The position numbers and the translations under genes are program-made. Shown here in pieces: positions 30,765 through 43,044 of a stretch of DNA of 64,000 bases; within the stretch, counting starts at the first letter, position 1, and each line of letters begins with the position of its first letter. The DNA is from Andalucia godoyi And28 (Eukaryota > Protista > Jakobida). The stretch is taken from contig VRVR01000016.1 of assembly GCA_009859145.1 (NCBI GenBank), forward strand, positions 214,855-278,854, written 5' to 3'. A model generated the notes under the pieces. The model made no database searches, was not told where the DNA came from, and was given only the letters and a program-made list of their open reading frames with translations.

Positions 30765-31744
30765 TGAATGAATGGATGGGTGAAACAGAGGATGGTGAAA
30801 CAGAGCGCTGTCGTCGAGTTGATGCCCGGGTTTTATCGCTTTAACGGGTCGATGACGAGCCGAATGCTTGACACTTGATGCTCCAAAGCAAAACAAAAAA
30901 GAATCACACCCCACCGTAGTTCCCACATAACGCTTCACGATTCGTCAGAAGCCCAGACGGCCAGATCGCTCGCCAAAACATGAATCATTATGGATCATCG
31001 GCTACGCTGTCACCGAAGACAGATCCAAGCCACGTGTTTTTATTTGGGGCGAGCACCAACTCTACATCAAAGGGTCGTCACAACCAGCCTATTCTCCCAG
31101 TCGATTCAGCATTCAACAATGAACGTTGGAGGAGACAGAATGTGGTTGGCGAACGATGCCGCGCCTGACGACGCTTTTGTCTTTGCTCCTTCTTGTTCTC
31201 TGACTTGAAAAGCGCATTGCGAACGCGCAGTCGATCACATCCTCGTGATTTGATTTGCTCAGCAAGTTGCGATGAGAGAGGATCCACGGGTTTCTTGGTT
31301 CTCGGCATCTTCGGGCATGGCCGGTTTGCGTTTGTTGGGAAGATCCCTCTTTGCAGCCATGCGATGTTTTGTCTTTGATGACAGGTGCTACTTGAGGGTT
31401 CGATTATAAAAAACCCAAACAAACAGAAGGAATAATAGAATGAAAGAGAAAAAGTGCAGAATGAAGAAATTCTGGGCTGGACTACGGTAGAAATGCCGCC
31501 TCCTCATAGAGTTATCTACGATAGGTTTAAAGAAAAACTTCCGGTATGATGCTGTTTGATGTTTCACACACAAAACGGCCAGATCGTTCCTCTGTACTGC
31601 TTTCTGCTCACGCGTGGAAACTGGGCAAGTTTGTGCACTTCATTTTCGTTTCAGTGAAGATAAAAATTGCTGCAGTTTTTTTTAAAATTTGTATACTTTT
31701 TGACAAGATCGCTCTTCATTGGGAGGGAAAGAGGGTGGAAGAAA

Positions 31745-34700
31745 ATGTCTCTTGATGCATCCAGTCAGGCTTTGCAACGCATTGATGAAAAGTCCATTGT
31801 ATGTCTTCCATCAAAACTCAAACACGTGAACAAAAAGAAGAATGGTCTGAGCATGTCTTCTTGCTCTTTTTTGTTTCCTACCGCTGTACTGATGGTGTTT
31901 GCTTTGACCGTGTATCAACATATTTATTTTGTTTTGAAATTGAAATTAACCTCCCACAGATGCAGTTGCGGAATGTCGAGTCAGAAATGTGTGCCGGAGA
32001 TGTTCGCTCGTTGGACCTGAGTGGCAATGACCTTATGGAAGTTAGTGGATTGACTCCGTTCATTGCTCTTTCTGTTATTAACCTTTCGAGGAACCGGATC
32101 TCGCATTTAAGAGGTCTTCCTATGACCCTTACGAAAATCGATGTTTCGCACAATCATCTTGACTATATTTCAGGGTTAGAAGCGCTGTCAAACCTGCAGG
32201 AGATTGATTTGTCGTCCAATCGGATTAAAAACATGATTGGACTCTCCAGAAATCTCAAGCTCAGGATTCTCAAATTGGGCCACAACTTCATTGAAACCAT
32301 TGAAGGTATTGAGCACTTGACGAATCTGGAGTCCCTGGATCTCGAAAACAACTCGATCCAAAAAGCAGAAGATATTCGGTCGCTGTCAGTTTTGACAAAG
32401 CTCAAGATACTAAGGCTGTGCGACAATCCAGTCTCCATTCCCTCCGCGTACAAAGTAACTGTGCTGCATCTTTTACCTAACCTGGTGCGGTTGGATGGCG
32501 TGAATGCACCGTCGTATCTGCGTACTGCAGCCGGAACTTCTAATCAAAAGCCTTCTCTCAACGAGCAACATCATCAACACCAGCCTCCTGTGGCGAGCCG
32601 TGCTGGAACCATGACACCTGAGTGTTGGAAATCGGGTCTCCGAGTGGATGTTTCTGCACCTTCCTCAGCTGCAATGGCGGTCAGCACTCCGTCTTCTTCG
32701 GCTTCGACGCCAGCTTCGGCATCAAGCACTGCAGCGGATGCGAACTGGAAATCAGGCACTGTGAAACGGCCGCAGTCTGCACAAAGATCGCAACGGACAA
32801 AGTCAGCAAGTCTGGATGCTAGCAGCGCTTCACTGGCAGGCTTCTTTGCTTCGCGGGAACGGGAAGCAGGCAGTGCAAAGTCGGCTTCTAAACATTCCGC
32901 ACAATCAACGCCCACCTCTGCGTCCACAAAACCGCGTTTTACTTTTGGCGGTGCGGTGACAGATGGCTTGTCCTACCACAACATCAAAGAACGGAACGAT
33001 CAGTTTGCGAGAACCGTGTCGCTGGAGAAGCAGGAATTGACGGAGAAGATTGAAAAACTTACCGCAAGTTTGAAGGAATCTGAAAAGAAGTACGCTGGAG
33101 TGGAACGCAGACTTTTAGATGTTCAGAAAGAACTGGATCAGGCGCGCACGTCTTCGCAGGTGGATCAGTTTGAGCTGCGTGCCAAAGAGGCAGAAGAAGC
33201 CCTTCGGCAAGCCCAGGTCAAGTATGAATCTGAAATTCGAAGCTTGCAATCGCTTGTCAAAGGGGAGAGAAAGAAAGTCAGAACTTTGGAGGAAGGCAAT
33301 CAAAAGCTTCACATGCAATTGGATGATGCGATCGCCAGCAACACAGAATTGCGCTATCAGCGCGCAAAAGCATCCGAGGACGCAGAGAACGCGAGAAAAG
33401 AAATTGTGAAGCTTAAGAAGACCTTTGAAACGGGTGTAAGCTTGTTGCAAGGACATCAGAAGAATCGGCAACAGGTTCGCGGAGACGGAAGAGCGTCCAC
33501 CGTGTCCGGGTTCAGTGGTGTCGATTCATCGGAGGCTGACGTGGAGGTGCCCTCTCAAGGGCTTGTGGACTGGAAAGATCACCTCGAAAACGAGCTTGAC
33601 TTATCCGCCTTGAATTTTTCGGCCGCTCCTTCCAAAGCCAAGTCCGACGACGCTGAGAAACCGCTTGGGCAGACACACCTTCGATCTTCCAAACGTTCAG
33701 AATCCAGTCAAGGCGCTGCTCCTCCTCTTCTCCTTTCTGCAGGAAATGCTTCTCCCACGGATAAGGGAAGGAATTTCAATGAGTATGCGCATCTCGCAGG
33801 TCCCGCAGCGAACAATTCGCAGTTTCTCTGGGAATCTTCGCTGCGGGGCGGTGGCTCTTCTCATCAAAAACAAGACCTTGCTATGGAGACAGACAAAAGA
33901 AAACAGAGACATCCACCGTTGCCCACTGCATCCAACGAGGCGGATTCTCGAAGATTGCATAGAAAGAAAGATGAGGAAGTTTCGTCGCGCAGTTCTGAGC
34001 CCAGCAACTCTCAGGAAGCTCGTTTAGCGCACCGACCGTCCTCGCGATCCTCGAGTTGGTCGCAAGACGCACCGCAGTCGAGCGCGAACTATGCACCTCC
34101 TTCTGACATCTCAAAGAACCACCAACTGGCATCCACCCCAGACGAAGGACTTGATAGTTCGTTCCAGATGAATGAGAAGCTGTCCGAAATGGACAGCGAT
34201 ACGAGAGTCGCATTGGAAAACCTGGAATTTCAAAATCAAGCTCTGGCACGTCGCATCCGAAATGTGCTGCTGGAAATGGATAAATCCGATGTGCACGACT
34301 CCCCCAGAAAGTGGGAACGGTACGAGTCCCACTTGCGTGCCAGAATGTCCTCCCCCACATTTCCAAAGATTCCAAGAAATCTGCCGGATTCCGAGCAGCA
34401 TTCGGCAGCTCGTGAATCAGATGATGTTGGACAAAACATCATCGACTCCGTCATTCGCGGTGAGACGCTGTGCGTGTCCCAGAGCACAGAAAGGACTTTA
34501 GAATTTGCGTTCAATCTGAAGCGCTGGCTCATGTTGGAACTCGATAAGACTTCGGATCAGCTCAATCGAAAAAGAGCCCTGGAAGCTGCCGCAGACAGGG
34601 CGGCAGTGAATCGGATGCCTGCTGCTTTCGACATTTCCTCCTCGCTGTTTTCCAGGCCATTGGAAGTCTCGGACATTCGAGAATCGTCGACGAATACCGA

Positions 34701-34842
34701 AGGTGGGATGCCCGTGCTGAGGACCATGCAGTTTCTTTCGCCGGATGTGACCCCGAGCGCGAAAGATGAGCGGGAACGTTTGATAAGACTGGACTACCAG
34801 GCTCGTTTGGATGAGGCTCGAAGAGAAAAAGGCCTCTTGTAG
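31745..34842 (+). CDS. Leucine-rich-repeat (SDS22-like) plus coiled-coil protein; exons 31745-31798 and 31960-34842
   Basis: LRRs (LDLSGNDL, INLSRNRI, IDLSSNRI, LDLENNSI, LRLCDNPV) and a central coiled coil. Phase-0 intron 31799-31959 (GTATGT ... TTAAC ... CACAG) joins MSLDASSQALQRIDEKSI in frame. Confidence 0.8.
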
Positions 34843-35043
34843 GAATGTATACACATATATATACACAGAAAACCACGCGGTGATTCACCACACATTCAAC
34901 AGTGTATCTGCGTCGAAATGTCGATGCACAACGTCCACGGGGGTTTGTTGGCAAGTCTCGCACGGAGATGGTACTGAGAGGGAGGGGAAATCGCAGTACG
35001 AGAAGACCAATCTAGCTGCGGCTGTTCAACTGTATGAGCAAGA

Positions 35044-36246
35044 TTGATGTTTCCTTCCCCCCAAATGATGCAAAGATACGCTGCAGAAGCTGGCGAGTTG
35101 ATCAATCGTCGTATTCTGATCATCATCACCCATCAGGACCATATTTGTTCAAGAACGTGCAGTCATACACAAAGGACCGAACAACCCTTTGCAAACTGCG
35201 TTTTACTTCTTTTTATTTGTTTTTCTTTCTCTTTTTTTTTCCCACCTTTAATTTTCCTTACGTGTGTTTTGCTTCGACATATACCCCGTGCATACCAGTA
35301 CAAACAGCGAATGTTGCAGTTTCAGAAGCGCCAACAGAATCACCATGTCGATAGTTTCTCCTCAGTTGGGTCTGCGGATCCCTTACTTCAATCTACGGAC
35401 GAACAGCTCGAATCGTTTCAAGACGACAGAATATCTCTGATCGACGATGCAGAAGTGTTTAGTGATGCAAGCTTGGAATCCAAGTCCTTCGTCTTATCAG
35501 AAGACTGTGCAACGGTCCTGGAAGAAAGTGCAGCGTCTGCAGACACACCATCCACATCGAGTTCATGCTCACCTCTTCTTGACCACTCAAAGTGCGAGCT
35601 TTTGGAAGACAATCCATGCAAGCAGGACATAGAAACGGGACAAGGCAGCGCTGAGTCAGAGCGGTCTGAAGTGAAATGGTCTGACATTTTGCGTGGATCT
35701 TCGAAGAAGAAAACATGCGCAAAGATCCTTCTTGGACTGGCAGTCATCATAACAATTGGAGCATCTGCTTCTTACTTTGCAAAACCACTCATTACTTCTG
35801 CAGCGACGTCATTTGTGGACAGATTCGGATGGTTGGGGATTGCAATTGGTATTCTGTGCACAGATGCAACTCCATTTATTCCCGGTGAACCGTTCGTCCT
35901 TATTGGCATATCAGGCGGGATCAACATGTGGATCGTCTTTGCCGCGGCTTCCGCAGGCTCGATTCTTGCGGCCCCGCTTGGCTGGGTAATATCTGCGTAC
36001 ACTGTGTACTACTCCCCCCGATTCCAGAAGTTTCTGGACCGTTACAAAATTGGCCCTGTTATGCGGAAGCACGGGGGATGGTGTGTTGCTGCCAGTGCTG
36101 TTCTTCCTGTTTGGGACTACTCGTGCACGATACATTGTGCAGGCGCCGTCCGCGTGAACATCTTGAAGGCGACTCTTGGTGCCTGTGCGCGAGCCCCAAG
36201 GCTGCTTCTCACTTGCTATCTCTTGCAACTTGGTTGGTCCATGTAG
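35044..36246 (+). CDS. VTT/DedA (SNARE-associated) family membrane protein
   Basis: FGWLGIAIGIL ... PFIPGEPFVL ... AGSILAAPLGW ... KHGGW ... VLPV fits the VTT domain. Start may be ATG 35311. Confidence 0.7.
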   Translation: MMFPSPQMMQRYAAEAGELINRRILIIITHQDHICSRTCSHTQRTEQPFANCVLLLFICFSFSFFFPPLIFLTCVLLRHIPRAYQYKQRMLQFQKRQQNHHVDSFSSVGSADPLLQSTDEQLESFQDDRISLIDDAEVFSDASLESKSFVLSEDCATVLEESAASADTPSTSSSCSPLLDHSKCELLEDNPCKQDIETGQGSAESERSEVKWSDILRGSSKKKTCAKILLGLAVIITIGASASYFAKPLITSAATSFVDRFGWLGIAIGILCTDATPFIPGEPFVLIGISGGINMWIVFAAASAGSILAAPLGWVISAYTVYYSPRFQKFLDRYKIGPVMRKHGGWCVAASAVLPVWDYSCTIHCAGAVRVNILKATLGACARAPRLLLTCYLLQLGWSM

Positions 36247-36408
36247 CGTACCTGCGTGCAAAATTGAGAATCTTATCAAAATCAACAAACAATCTGTACA
36301 TTATTTTATTTTTTTTTGCCAATTACAATACAATTTTGAAATGGAAACCAAAACAGGAAAGGAAACAAGCAGATTTCGAAGCAGAAGATGACTGCAATCC
36401 CCGTATTA

Positions 36409-37145
36409 TCATTCTGATTGCATCTTTGAGCGCTGCGCAGCGGAGCTTGCCACCATGGACATCTTTTTCTTCTTTGCAACGGCAGCAGGAACAAGCAATG
36501 CTGAATTCTTCTGAAGTTCCTTCTCTGCTTCTTGCTTCTGCTGTTTCCTTGCTTCGTTGACACGCTTTTCCCAGAACCGATGCTGGCGCTTCTCTCGAAT
36601 TTCGGATACTCGCTTCATTGCAAACAACGTGGCATGCATCAAGTCGCGGTTATAGCGAGGAACCACATCACGTCGCTTCTCAAACTCGAATGTCGTGTCC
36701 TATACAACAAAACAAAAAACAGAAAAAATTAGTCACTGTGCTGTTCCAGTACTATTGTTAAAAAAGAGAGAGAGAGAGGACAAATCAGGAAAAACAAGAT
36801 GATTGTCTCAGTGAAGCAGAATACAATCATGGATTTGTGTCGATCATTCGAAAGATGGTGATAAAAGGTTATCGTCATTGGCAGCCATCTTGTTTTTCGG
36901 GACCAAAAACGAAAGGAAAAAAAAGGAGGAGGGGAACCGGTTAAACATACCACTGCCAGCTCTTTGCCTGCGGCTTTTCGGAAAGCCTTGGTCCAACGCA
37001 CCTTACGAGGGTTGCGCTTCATCTTGAAGTTCTTGTGGCACTTTGATCTGCAAAAGCGAAACACTTTCGCGTCATTTCGGACAAACACTACGCCATGTCC
37101 AGGATATATATTTGAAGAACAGAAATAGCACTTTTCAATCCGCAT
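36409..37145 (-). CDS. RSL24D1: Ribosome biogenesis protein RLP24; exons 37145-36951 and 36699-36409
   Basis: [18 protein letters not shown] ... [17 protein letters not shown] ... KELAV|[10 protein letters not shown] across a phase-0 intron 36700-36950 (GTATGT ... TATAG). Confidence 0.93.
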
Positions 37146-37356
37146 GTTGACCCTTGATGTCCAAGTGAAGCAAGAAAATAAATACTGAAGAAAAAGAGAA
37201 AACACCAAATACCAAGTCAAAAGAAGGAAAGAAAGGACGAAAGAAATAGTAAAGAACGAAGGAGGAGAAATGGCGACAATGAAGGAGAGCGAAAGTTTGA
37301 GCGAAGTCAGGCTGACTGACACCCGACTTTGCTGACACCTTTTTTTGGGGGGGGGG

Positions 37357-39648
37357 TCAGCAAGACACGCTGACAACCTTTGGAACAGCAGACGGGCCGA
37401 TTTTGTTTACGGCCGCTAGACGGAAGAACACCAGGCCGGCGGACGCGCCTAAAGCACGTTGAAGATCGGCCGCAGACAATTTGCAGGTAAACAAATGATC
37501 CTTGCCTTCGCTGTCCTGAGAAATGACAAAAAATCGATTGTCCAGGATTCCATCGCATTCACCTTCAAACGAAGGACCATGCACTCGATACTCCAAAATC
37601 GGTAATCCACCAGTTTCCAGTGGTGTTTTCCAAACGATGGAAACAACACGGGAACCATCCAGATCACTGGGAGCAGAAACTGTGACTCTAACACGATGCG
37701 GGGCATCCGGCGCTGCGAGTGGCAACGTGGAAAATCGATGAGAATCCAAAACTGTAGACGGATTGGAAGCGACAATTGCAACAAGGTTGTGAGGCGTGTC
37801 CGGGGTGAGACCCGTGACGTTGAAGATTTTCTTGTTCAGAAGACTTTCAGAAACAGCAATTGTTCCAAACAACGCGCGGGGAGCACCGTCTGCAACAGCA
37901 GGAGCAATCTCCAAAGCAGGCACGCCACACGGAACCACTCCAACAGCATGGAGACCAGCACTGAGGACATTCCCCATAATGGAAACGGTGATCGTTGTCG
38001 AGCCAATCTTATCTATGCATAGAATCGGCGAGCGCGGAGGAATGAAATCCGCAGGAGGAAAGTGCGAAGAGTGTCCGGAAGGTCCCGGCAGCATCTTGTC
38101 CACAGGCTGTGCTCGAATAGATGACGGAGCATTTCTTGAACGCTTTCTGGTGGGATTTGCCGCTGGTGTTTCCGACGGTCGCTTCGAAACTATGCGGGAA
38201 TCGGGCTGAAAAGAGGGAGGTGGCGTCTCTATATCATCAGCGAGTATGTCATCGAGTGATACGCGGACAAAATCTCGAAAAGTCACTCTTGTCGAACCAT
38301 GCCCCGCCATCCCACCGACAACCCATAATTGTCGGGAAGAGAGAAGGAGAAGAGAATCGTGATGAGCACGACCAGAAAATGCAGGAGATCTAATCCTAGA
38401 CAGCTCGAATTTTTCGAACGACGCAACCGACCCCGTCGAGGACGCACGAATCAGCGACTCCGGAACATGAATAATAAAGATGTCATTAGACGCAATCGTT
38501 TCCGCGACAGGTCGTTCGGTGCGTGGAGAAACGGGCTCCCAACCACCACATACGAGTATCCGATACTCATCTTCTGTGGCACTGTCGTTTGCCTTGTTTA
38601 ACCCCAGTTTTTTTGCCAGAGGTAGCACGTGAATTGTGTGTCCAAAGCGAGGAGGAAGCGCACAAGGGGAAGAAGAGGAAGCTACCAGAATGTTCGAAAC
38701 ATCGGGCACAATGGAATGCCAAGCGTTGTCTGCCGTGTCAAACACCCACAAATCTGCCAACATGCACATGGAAGCTGGGCCGAAGTGTACGCCTCCGTAG
38801 AGGAACACAAAGCGGCCATCCAAGCTTGTGGCCATTGCGTGGAACGCGCGTGCCCTTGGGGATGGCCCTGGATTTGGGATTTTCCTGGCGTCAAGCCCAC
38901 AGTCTGACTCAGAGGCAGGGCTAGACAGCAGCAAACTCCACTGTCCAGTTTTAGAATTTAAGACCCACGAATCCCCCAAGCAGTTCCCACTCGGCCCAAC
39001 CCCGCCAAAAACAAACATCATGGATCTTTGGGCAAAGTCAGCGCTGGAATCCGCGGCAGGACCAATGGAGCACGCAGCGTGGGCTGCTCGAGCACTGGGC
39101 CACAAAGAAGATGTGGATCTTGGCCAAAACGCAGACTCTGCAACAGCTGAGGCCGTGGAGCTGTCTGGTTCCGATTGCCTGGCGTGCTTGAAAGAGACTA
39201 GCAAGAGACGGTCTGAAACTGGCAACGACTTCGGATGCGATGCAAGACCTGTTTCTCGGACAAGGGCTTCATCTTTCTGTTCGAACATCAAATAACCACC
39301 GAAAACAAGACAGGAAGAATGCCGAAGAAAACAGTGGGACGCAAACGCAACGTCGGTAGGATTGAAATCAGGTCGTCCAGAGCTCTGACTTGGCGACAAG
39401 ACAATCTTTAGCGAAGCCAAGGCGACCGAATCAGGTGTGGCAATCCTGTCAGAATTCGGCTCCTTCTTTTCCAATTGCTTCCCACTCTCAAATCGTCCAA
39501 TATAAGCAAACGACGGTCCGCAAAGGAAGATCACAGGAAGCTTGTCTTTTTGCGAAGAGTCTTTGAATTCCTCGTTTCGGATCAGAATTGCGTGATGTCC
39601 CACGAATCCATCATCGGGAACGAGATTCTTGAAAACATTCGTGGACAT
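37357..39648 (-). CDS. Kelch-repeat plus fibronectin type III protein
   Basis: Kelch motifs (RAAHAA, FVFGG, RAFHAM, FLYGG, DLWVFD, PRFGHT, LWVVGG), basic PTRKRSR, C-terminal FN3 (IVWKTP ... GLPILEYRV ... [12 protein letters not shown]). Confidence 0.8.
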   Translation of the reverse strand: MSTNVFKNLVPDDGFVGHHAILIRNEEFKDSSQKDKLPVIFLCGPSFAYIGRFESGKQLEKKEPNSDRIATPDSVALASLKIVLSPSQSSGRPDFNPTDVAFASHCFLRHSSCLVFGGYLMFEQKDEALVRETGLASHPKSLPVSDRLLLVSFKHARQSEPDSSTASAVAESAFWPRSTSSLWPSARAAHAACSIGPAADSSADFAQRSMMFVFGGVGPSGNCLGDSWVLNSKTGQWSLLLSSPASESDCGLDARKIPNPGPSPRARAFHAMATSLDGRFVFLYGGVHFGPASMCMLADLWVFDTADNAWHSIVPDVSNILVASSSSPCALPPRFGHTIHVLPLAKKLGLNKANDSATEDEYRILVCGGWEPVSPRTERPVAETIASNDIFIIHVPESLIRASSTGSVASFEKFELSRIRSPAFSGRAHHDSLLLLSSRQLWVVGGMAGHGSTRVTFRDFVRVSLDDILADDIETPPPSFQPDSRIVSKRPSETPAANPTRKRSRNAPSSIRAQPVDKMLPGPSGHSSHFPPADFIPPRSPILCIDKIGSTTITVSIMGNVLSAGLHAVGVVPCGVPALEIAPAVADGAPRALFGTIAVSESLLNKKIFNVTGLTPDTPHNLVAIVASNPSTVLDSHRFSTLPLAAPDAPHRVRVTVSAPSDLDGSRVVSIVWKTPLETGGLPILEYRVHGPSFEGECDGILDNRFFVISQDSEGKDHLFTCKLSAADLQRALGASAGLVFFRLAAVNKIGPSAVPKVVSVSC

Positions 39649-39968
39649 CGCTTTTGGTGCGCATTCGGTCGCCAAAAAAGAAGAAGGGGGAAAAAATGAA
39701 AGAAAGAAAAAAGACGCCAAAATGGTAATGAACCACGAAAAGCGCTACGAAGAACTGCAAGTGGGATGTTGCGAAAATTGCGGGAAGCGTGTTCGTGCTG
39801 CATCGTACGACGGCGGAGAAACGCTGCTTCGGCGGGGGCGGCTTATGCAGCCGAGCAAGTCATTGGTGAGTGCTGATGACGATCTGTTTTCTATAATCCA
39901 AATGTTTACATGCACTACCATAGAACGTATTGAACACTGCCGTTCACACACCAATCTCCACAGAAACG

Positions 39969-40658
39969 TCACGAAGACGGCTGAAACGTCTCATGAATCC
40001 ACTGCGAAAGACTCGCGAGTGCCTTGTACCGGTGCGAGATTGTATTCTTTTGCTCGGCAGGCATCTCCGAGTACGTCAATCCTGAGCCACCTTCCGATAC
40101 GGAAGGTTCGAAAATTGGATCCCATCCAAAGACCTTTCCGGAGGATCCAACACGGGGCTGCATAACAACGGAGCCATGTGTGACTCCAACAAACGTCCGA
40201 ACTTCTGCTTCCGAGTCGCCGTCGACTCGAGCAATTGCCAGCGTACACTGAGCCCACGCATCGCGAGACGAAAAACCGTCCAACATCCTGGGAAGTCCAT
40301 CGAGTCCGAGAGAATCCAGAAACCACTTGATGTACGGTCCCGGAAGTCCCTTCATTGCCGTGAAACACAGACTGGTGTCTTCAACAAGCACAAACGTCGA
40401 AGTATGTGCAGACGCGGACGCCAACATGTTCGAAAACGAGGGGTTCTCACGAAGGATATTTCCTGCAGTCCGGGCCTTTTCTTTTGCAATCCATTCCGCA
40501 TCCGGACCTTGCAATTCTGGAAGATCGATCGACACATTCTCAATCGAAAACGGCAAGGAAGAATGCTCCGATTTCGCAAAAGCCGAAGCCCCGAGGATCG
40601 CTCGTACCTCTCGAACCTTGTTTGCATTGCCTGTAACAAAAATTATTCGACACGTCAT
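39969..40658 (-). CDS. ITPA: Inosine triphosphate pyrophosphatase (Ham1 family)
   Basis: FVTGNANKVRE, DLPELQG, VEDTSLCF, GLPGPYIKWF, FGWDPIF, KNTISHRYKAL. Confidence 0.93.
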   Translation of the reverse strand: MTCRIIFVTGNANKVREVRAILGASAFAKSEHSSLPFSIENVSIDLPELQGPDAEWIAKEKARTAGNILRENPSFSNMLASASAHTSTFVLVEDTSLCFTAMKGLPGPYIKWFLDSLGLDGLPRMLDGFSSRDAWAQCTLAIARVDGDSEAEVRTFVGVTHGSVVMQPRVGSSGKVFGWDPIFEPSVSEGGSGLTYSEMPAEQKNTISHRYKALASLSQWIHETFQPSS

Positions 40659-40805
40659 TGTGTCGTTCAAGCTCAAATCCCCAAAACTCCCAAAATCACC
40701 GCAGAAAGCTTCCGCAAAAAGCCATTTAAGTATCACTATTTTTATAGAAAAAGGACGCTGGATTACGCAACAAGACGGGACTTGTGGGCCTGTGAGTAAC
40801 TACGA

Positions 40806-40877
40806 GGTCACGTGGCGCAATGGAAGCGCTTTGGACTTCGAATCCAATGGTTGCAGGTTCGAGTCCTGCCGTGATCG
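40806..40877 (+). tRNA. tRNA-Arg(TCG)
   Basis: Cloverleaf: acceptor GGTCACG/CGTGATC, D-stem GCGC/GCGC, anticodon arm TTGGA-CTTCGAA-TCCAA, T-arm GCAGG-TTCGAGT-CCTGC; oligo-T terminator follows. Confidence 0.93.
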
Positions 40878-41200
40878 TATATCTTTTTTTTATTTTAAAA
40901 TAAACCTTCGGAAGAGCGCAAGACAACAGGGGGGATTGTGCGATTTGCGCGTGTTCAGAGGACTTTTCCTTTTGGCTGAAAAAATGGCGAGTTTGTTGGT
41001 GGTGGTGGGCGTGAGATCATTTTTGCCGTAGGAAGGATGTATCTTTCTGACGTTTTTCTTTCAAATACTGCTTATGCCAGCAAAATGCTCGTGCTGGGGA
41101 AAAAGAGTCCCCCCGGACTGGCGGGAAAGCCTTTTTTGTTCGATGGGCGGCACCGGGTGTATGCATTCGAGGAAAACCTCGCGTCAAATCTGTCCGATAT

Positions 41201-41272
41201 GCTCGCGTGGCGCAATGGAAGCGCGTCTGCCTCCGACGCAGAAGGTTGCAGGTTCGATCCCTGCCGCGGGCG
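41201..41272 (+). tRNA. tRNA-Arg(CCG)
   Basis: Acceptor GCTCGCG/CGCGGGC, anticodon arm TCTGC-CTCCGAC-GCAGA, T-arm GCAGG-TTCGATC-CCTGC; oligo-T terminator follows. Confidence 0.92.
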
Positions 41273-41410
41273 TGTAATTTTTTTCTTTTTTTTTTGGTTT
41301 ACGTTTGTGTTTATGTTTTTCTCCCCTTCCTCTCTGCGATTTCGCGAGCGCCAGCATCCGTCACGTGATTTGAGGATTTGAGATGGTGAACAGCAGTCGG
41401 CAGGGACTAG

Positions 41411-41443
<33 letters not shown>

Positions 41444-41481
41444 GAAGAAGAAGAAAGAGCAGTAGCTCCATGAAACCCAAT

Positions 41482-43044
41482 TTACAGTTTGAAAAAGACA
41501 CGTCTCCAATACAACAGCCCTGCAACGCCCAACCAAAAACACGAAACAACTGCAGAGAACAAAAGTCCAGCGACGGGCTCATCGGCCCAAGAATAGATCA
41601 GCTGTTGGGCACCCCACCAGGCATTCTTGTCGGGAGTGTTCGCAAATACCATGGACGCCAGGTTCGGTAGAGTTTCAGAACCAACATACAACGCAATGGA
41701 ATTCATTCCCATCCATTTGAAAGGAGCAAAAACCACACGACCGGCATGCAAGACATCCACAATGACAATCAAAATCCACAAAAAACCAACGGCTGTTCCA
41801 GCCATGGTTGCTACATACGAAATGCTCCACAGATTCTTGTTCACAGGAATCGTATCCGTAAAATGCAACGAGAGGGCAGTTGCTGCCATCAGCAGCACAA
41901 ATCCAACGTAGAGATTGAACTGTTTCTTGTGGTTGTTCTTTGTCCCAATCAGGATCCGGGCAGCGTGCACTCCAAGATAGCAAGACAGCACTGCTGTCAA
42001 CGTGCCAAGGATTCCCTCCGGATCGAAGATGTCACAATCCGGCAAACATGTGGGCCACTGATACATGCGATCGCGCCCGAAAACCGCGATATCCACAGAA
42101 CGAGCTGCATTGCATTCCGGTGTCAACGAACCAGAGTGACACGAAGGACTGTGCAACGGCAACTTGAATAAAAGGATCAAATAGACAGACACAATACTGC
42201 CAACCACCGCCCATTGAAGCAGATACGGCACAAAGAGGCCCCCAGAAAACTCGTCCGACGCAGAATCGGTTTGCGCATCTCCTTCTCTGCGATTAATCGA
42301 AAAACCCTCCTGCGCGATGGCAGGCGCATTCTTGTTGGATCCACCGATCTTTGGTACATACAATATAATGATCGTCGTTATGAAGTACGCAGCAGCAATG
42401 CGCTGGAGAACACCTGGAAGCCGCATATGAACAACATCCCACAAGGGGAGCGTGTAAAGATCGCAGCTCCAGCCGGATAACGTACTTGGTTGGTTATAGT
42501 ACACAAACCCGCAAACAGCGTTGAAAGGATTAATGACAAGAACTCCCAGAAGTGCCATCTTCAGCGCACGGACAACGGATCTCCCAAGAATAACATGACG
42601 CGAAACACGCTTAGCGGGGTCCGGGTGATTCAGCTGCGAGTTCGTTGAAATCAAAGTCGACATTCCCACTAGAAACACAAAAATCGGAAAACAGAAATCC
42701 GCGAGCGTAAGACCGTTCCAGTGAGAATGATGCATGAAGCCGTAAGTGCCATCGGACGCCATGTTCACGAAGATCATGATCCACAAATCAATTCCGCGAA
42801 GAATGTCAATCGATTCGTATCGAATTCGAGAAGAAGAAACCGGACCTTGCCGCACACCATTTGCTGCCGCATTCGCTTCATTGGAAGCACCGTTTGAATC
42901 GACAAGCTTTGGGCTCACGAACGAGGAGCTTGGATACATGTTTTTTTGGTACGAAGCTGATTGCCGATTTGCCGCAGATGACGACGCATCTACAGGGTTA
43001 AGCAGAGGATGGGACTCTCCATCAGTGATCCGTAGCTGCGGCAT
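41482..43044 (-). CDS. HGSNAT: Heparan-alpha-glucosaminide N-acetyltransferase-like membrane protein
   Basis: RYESIDILRG, HSHWNGLTLADFCFPIFVF, RLPGVLQRIA, FDPEGILGTL, PVNKNLWSISY, GMNSIALY. Confidence 0.88.
   Translation of the reverse strand: MPQLRITDGESHPLLNPVDASSSAANRQSASYQKNMYPSSSFVSPKLVDSNGASNEANAAANGVRQGPVSSSRIRYESIDILRGIDLWIMIFVNMASDGTYGFMHHSHWNGLTLADFCFPIFVFLVGMSTLISTNSQLNHPDPAKRVSRHVILGRSVVRALKMALLGVLVINPFNAVCGFVYYNQPSTLSGWSCDLYTLPLWDVVHMRLPGVLQRIAAAYFITTIIILYVPKIGGSNKNAPAIAQEGFSINRREGDAQTDSASDEFSGGLFVPYLLQWAVVGSIVSVYLILLFKLPLHSPSCHSGSLTPECNAARSVDIAVFGRDRMYQWPTCLPDCDIFDPEGILGTLTAVLSCYLGVHAARILIGTKNNHKKQFNLYVGFVLLMAATALSLHFTDTIPVNKNLWSISYVATMAGTAVGFLWILIVIVDVLHAGRVVFAPFKWMGMNSIALYVGSETLPNLASMVFANTPDKNAWWGAQQLIYSWADEPVAGLLFSAVVSCFWLGVAGLLYWRRVFFKL

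Noticed and set aside
31078-31422. Basic 80-114 aa ORF (MPKMPRTKKP...) on the minus strand
   Set aside because: Short with no motif; cannot be distinguished from a chance ORF without expression data.
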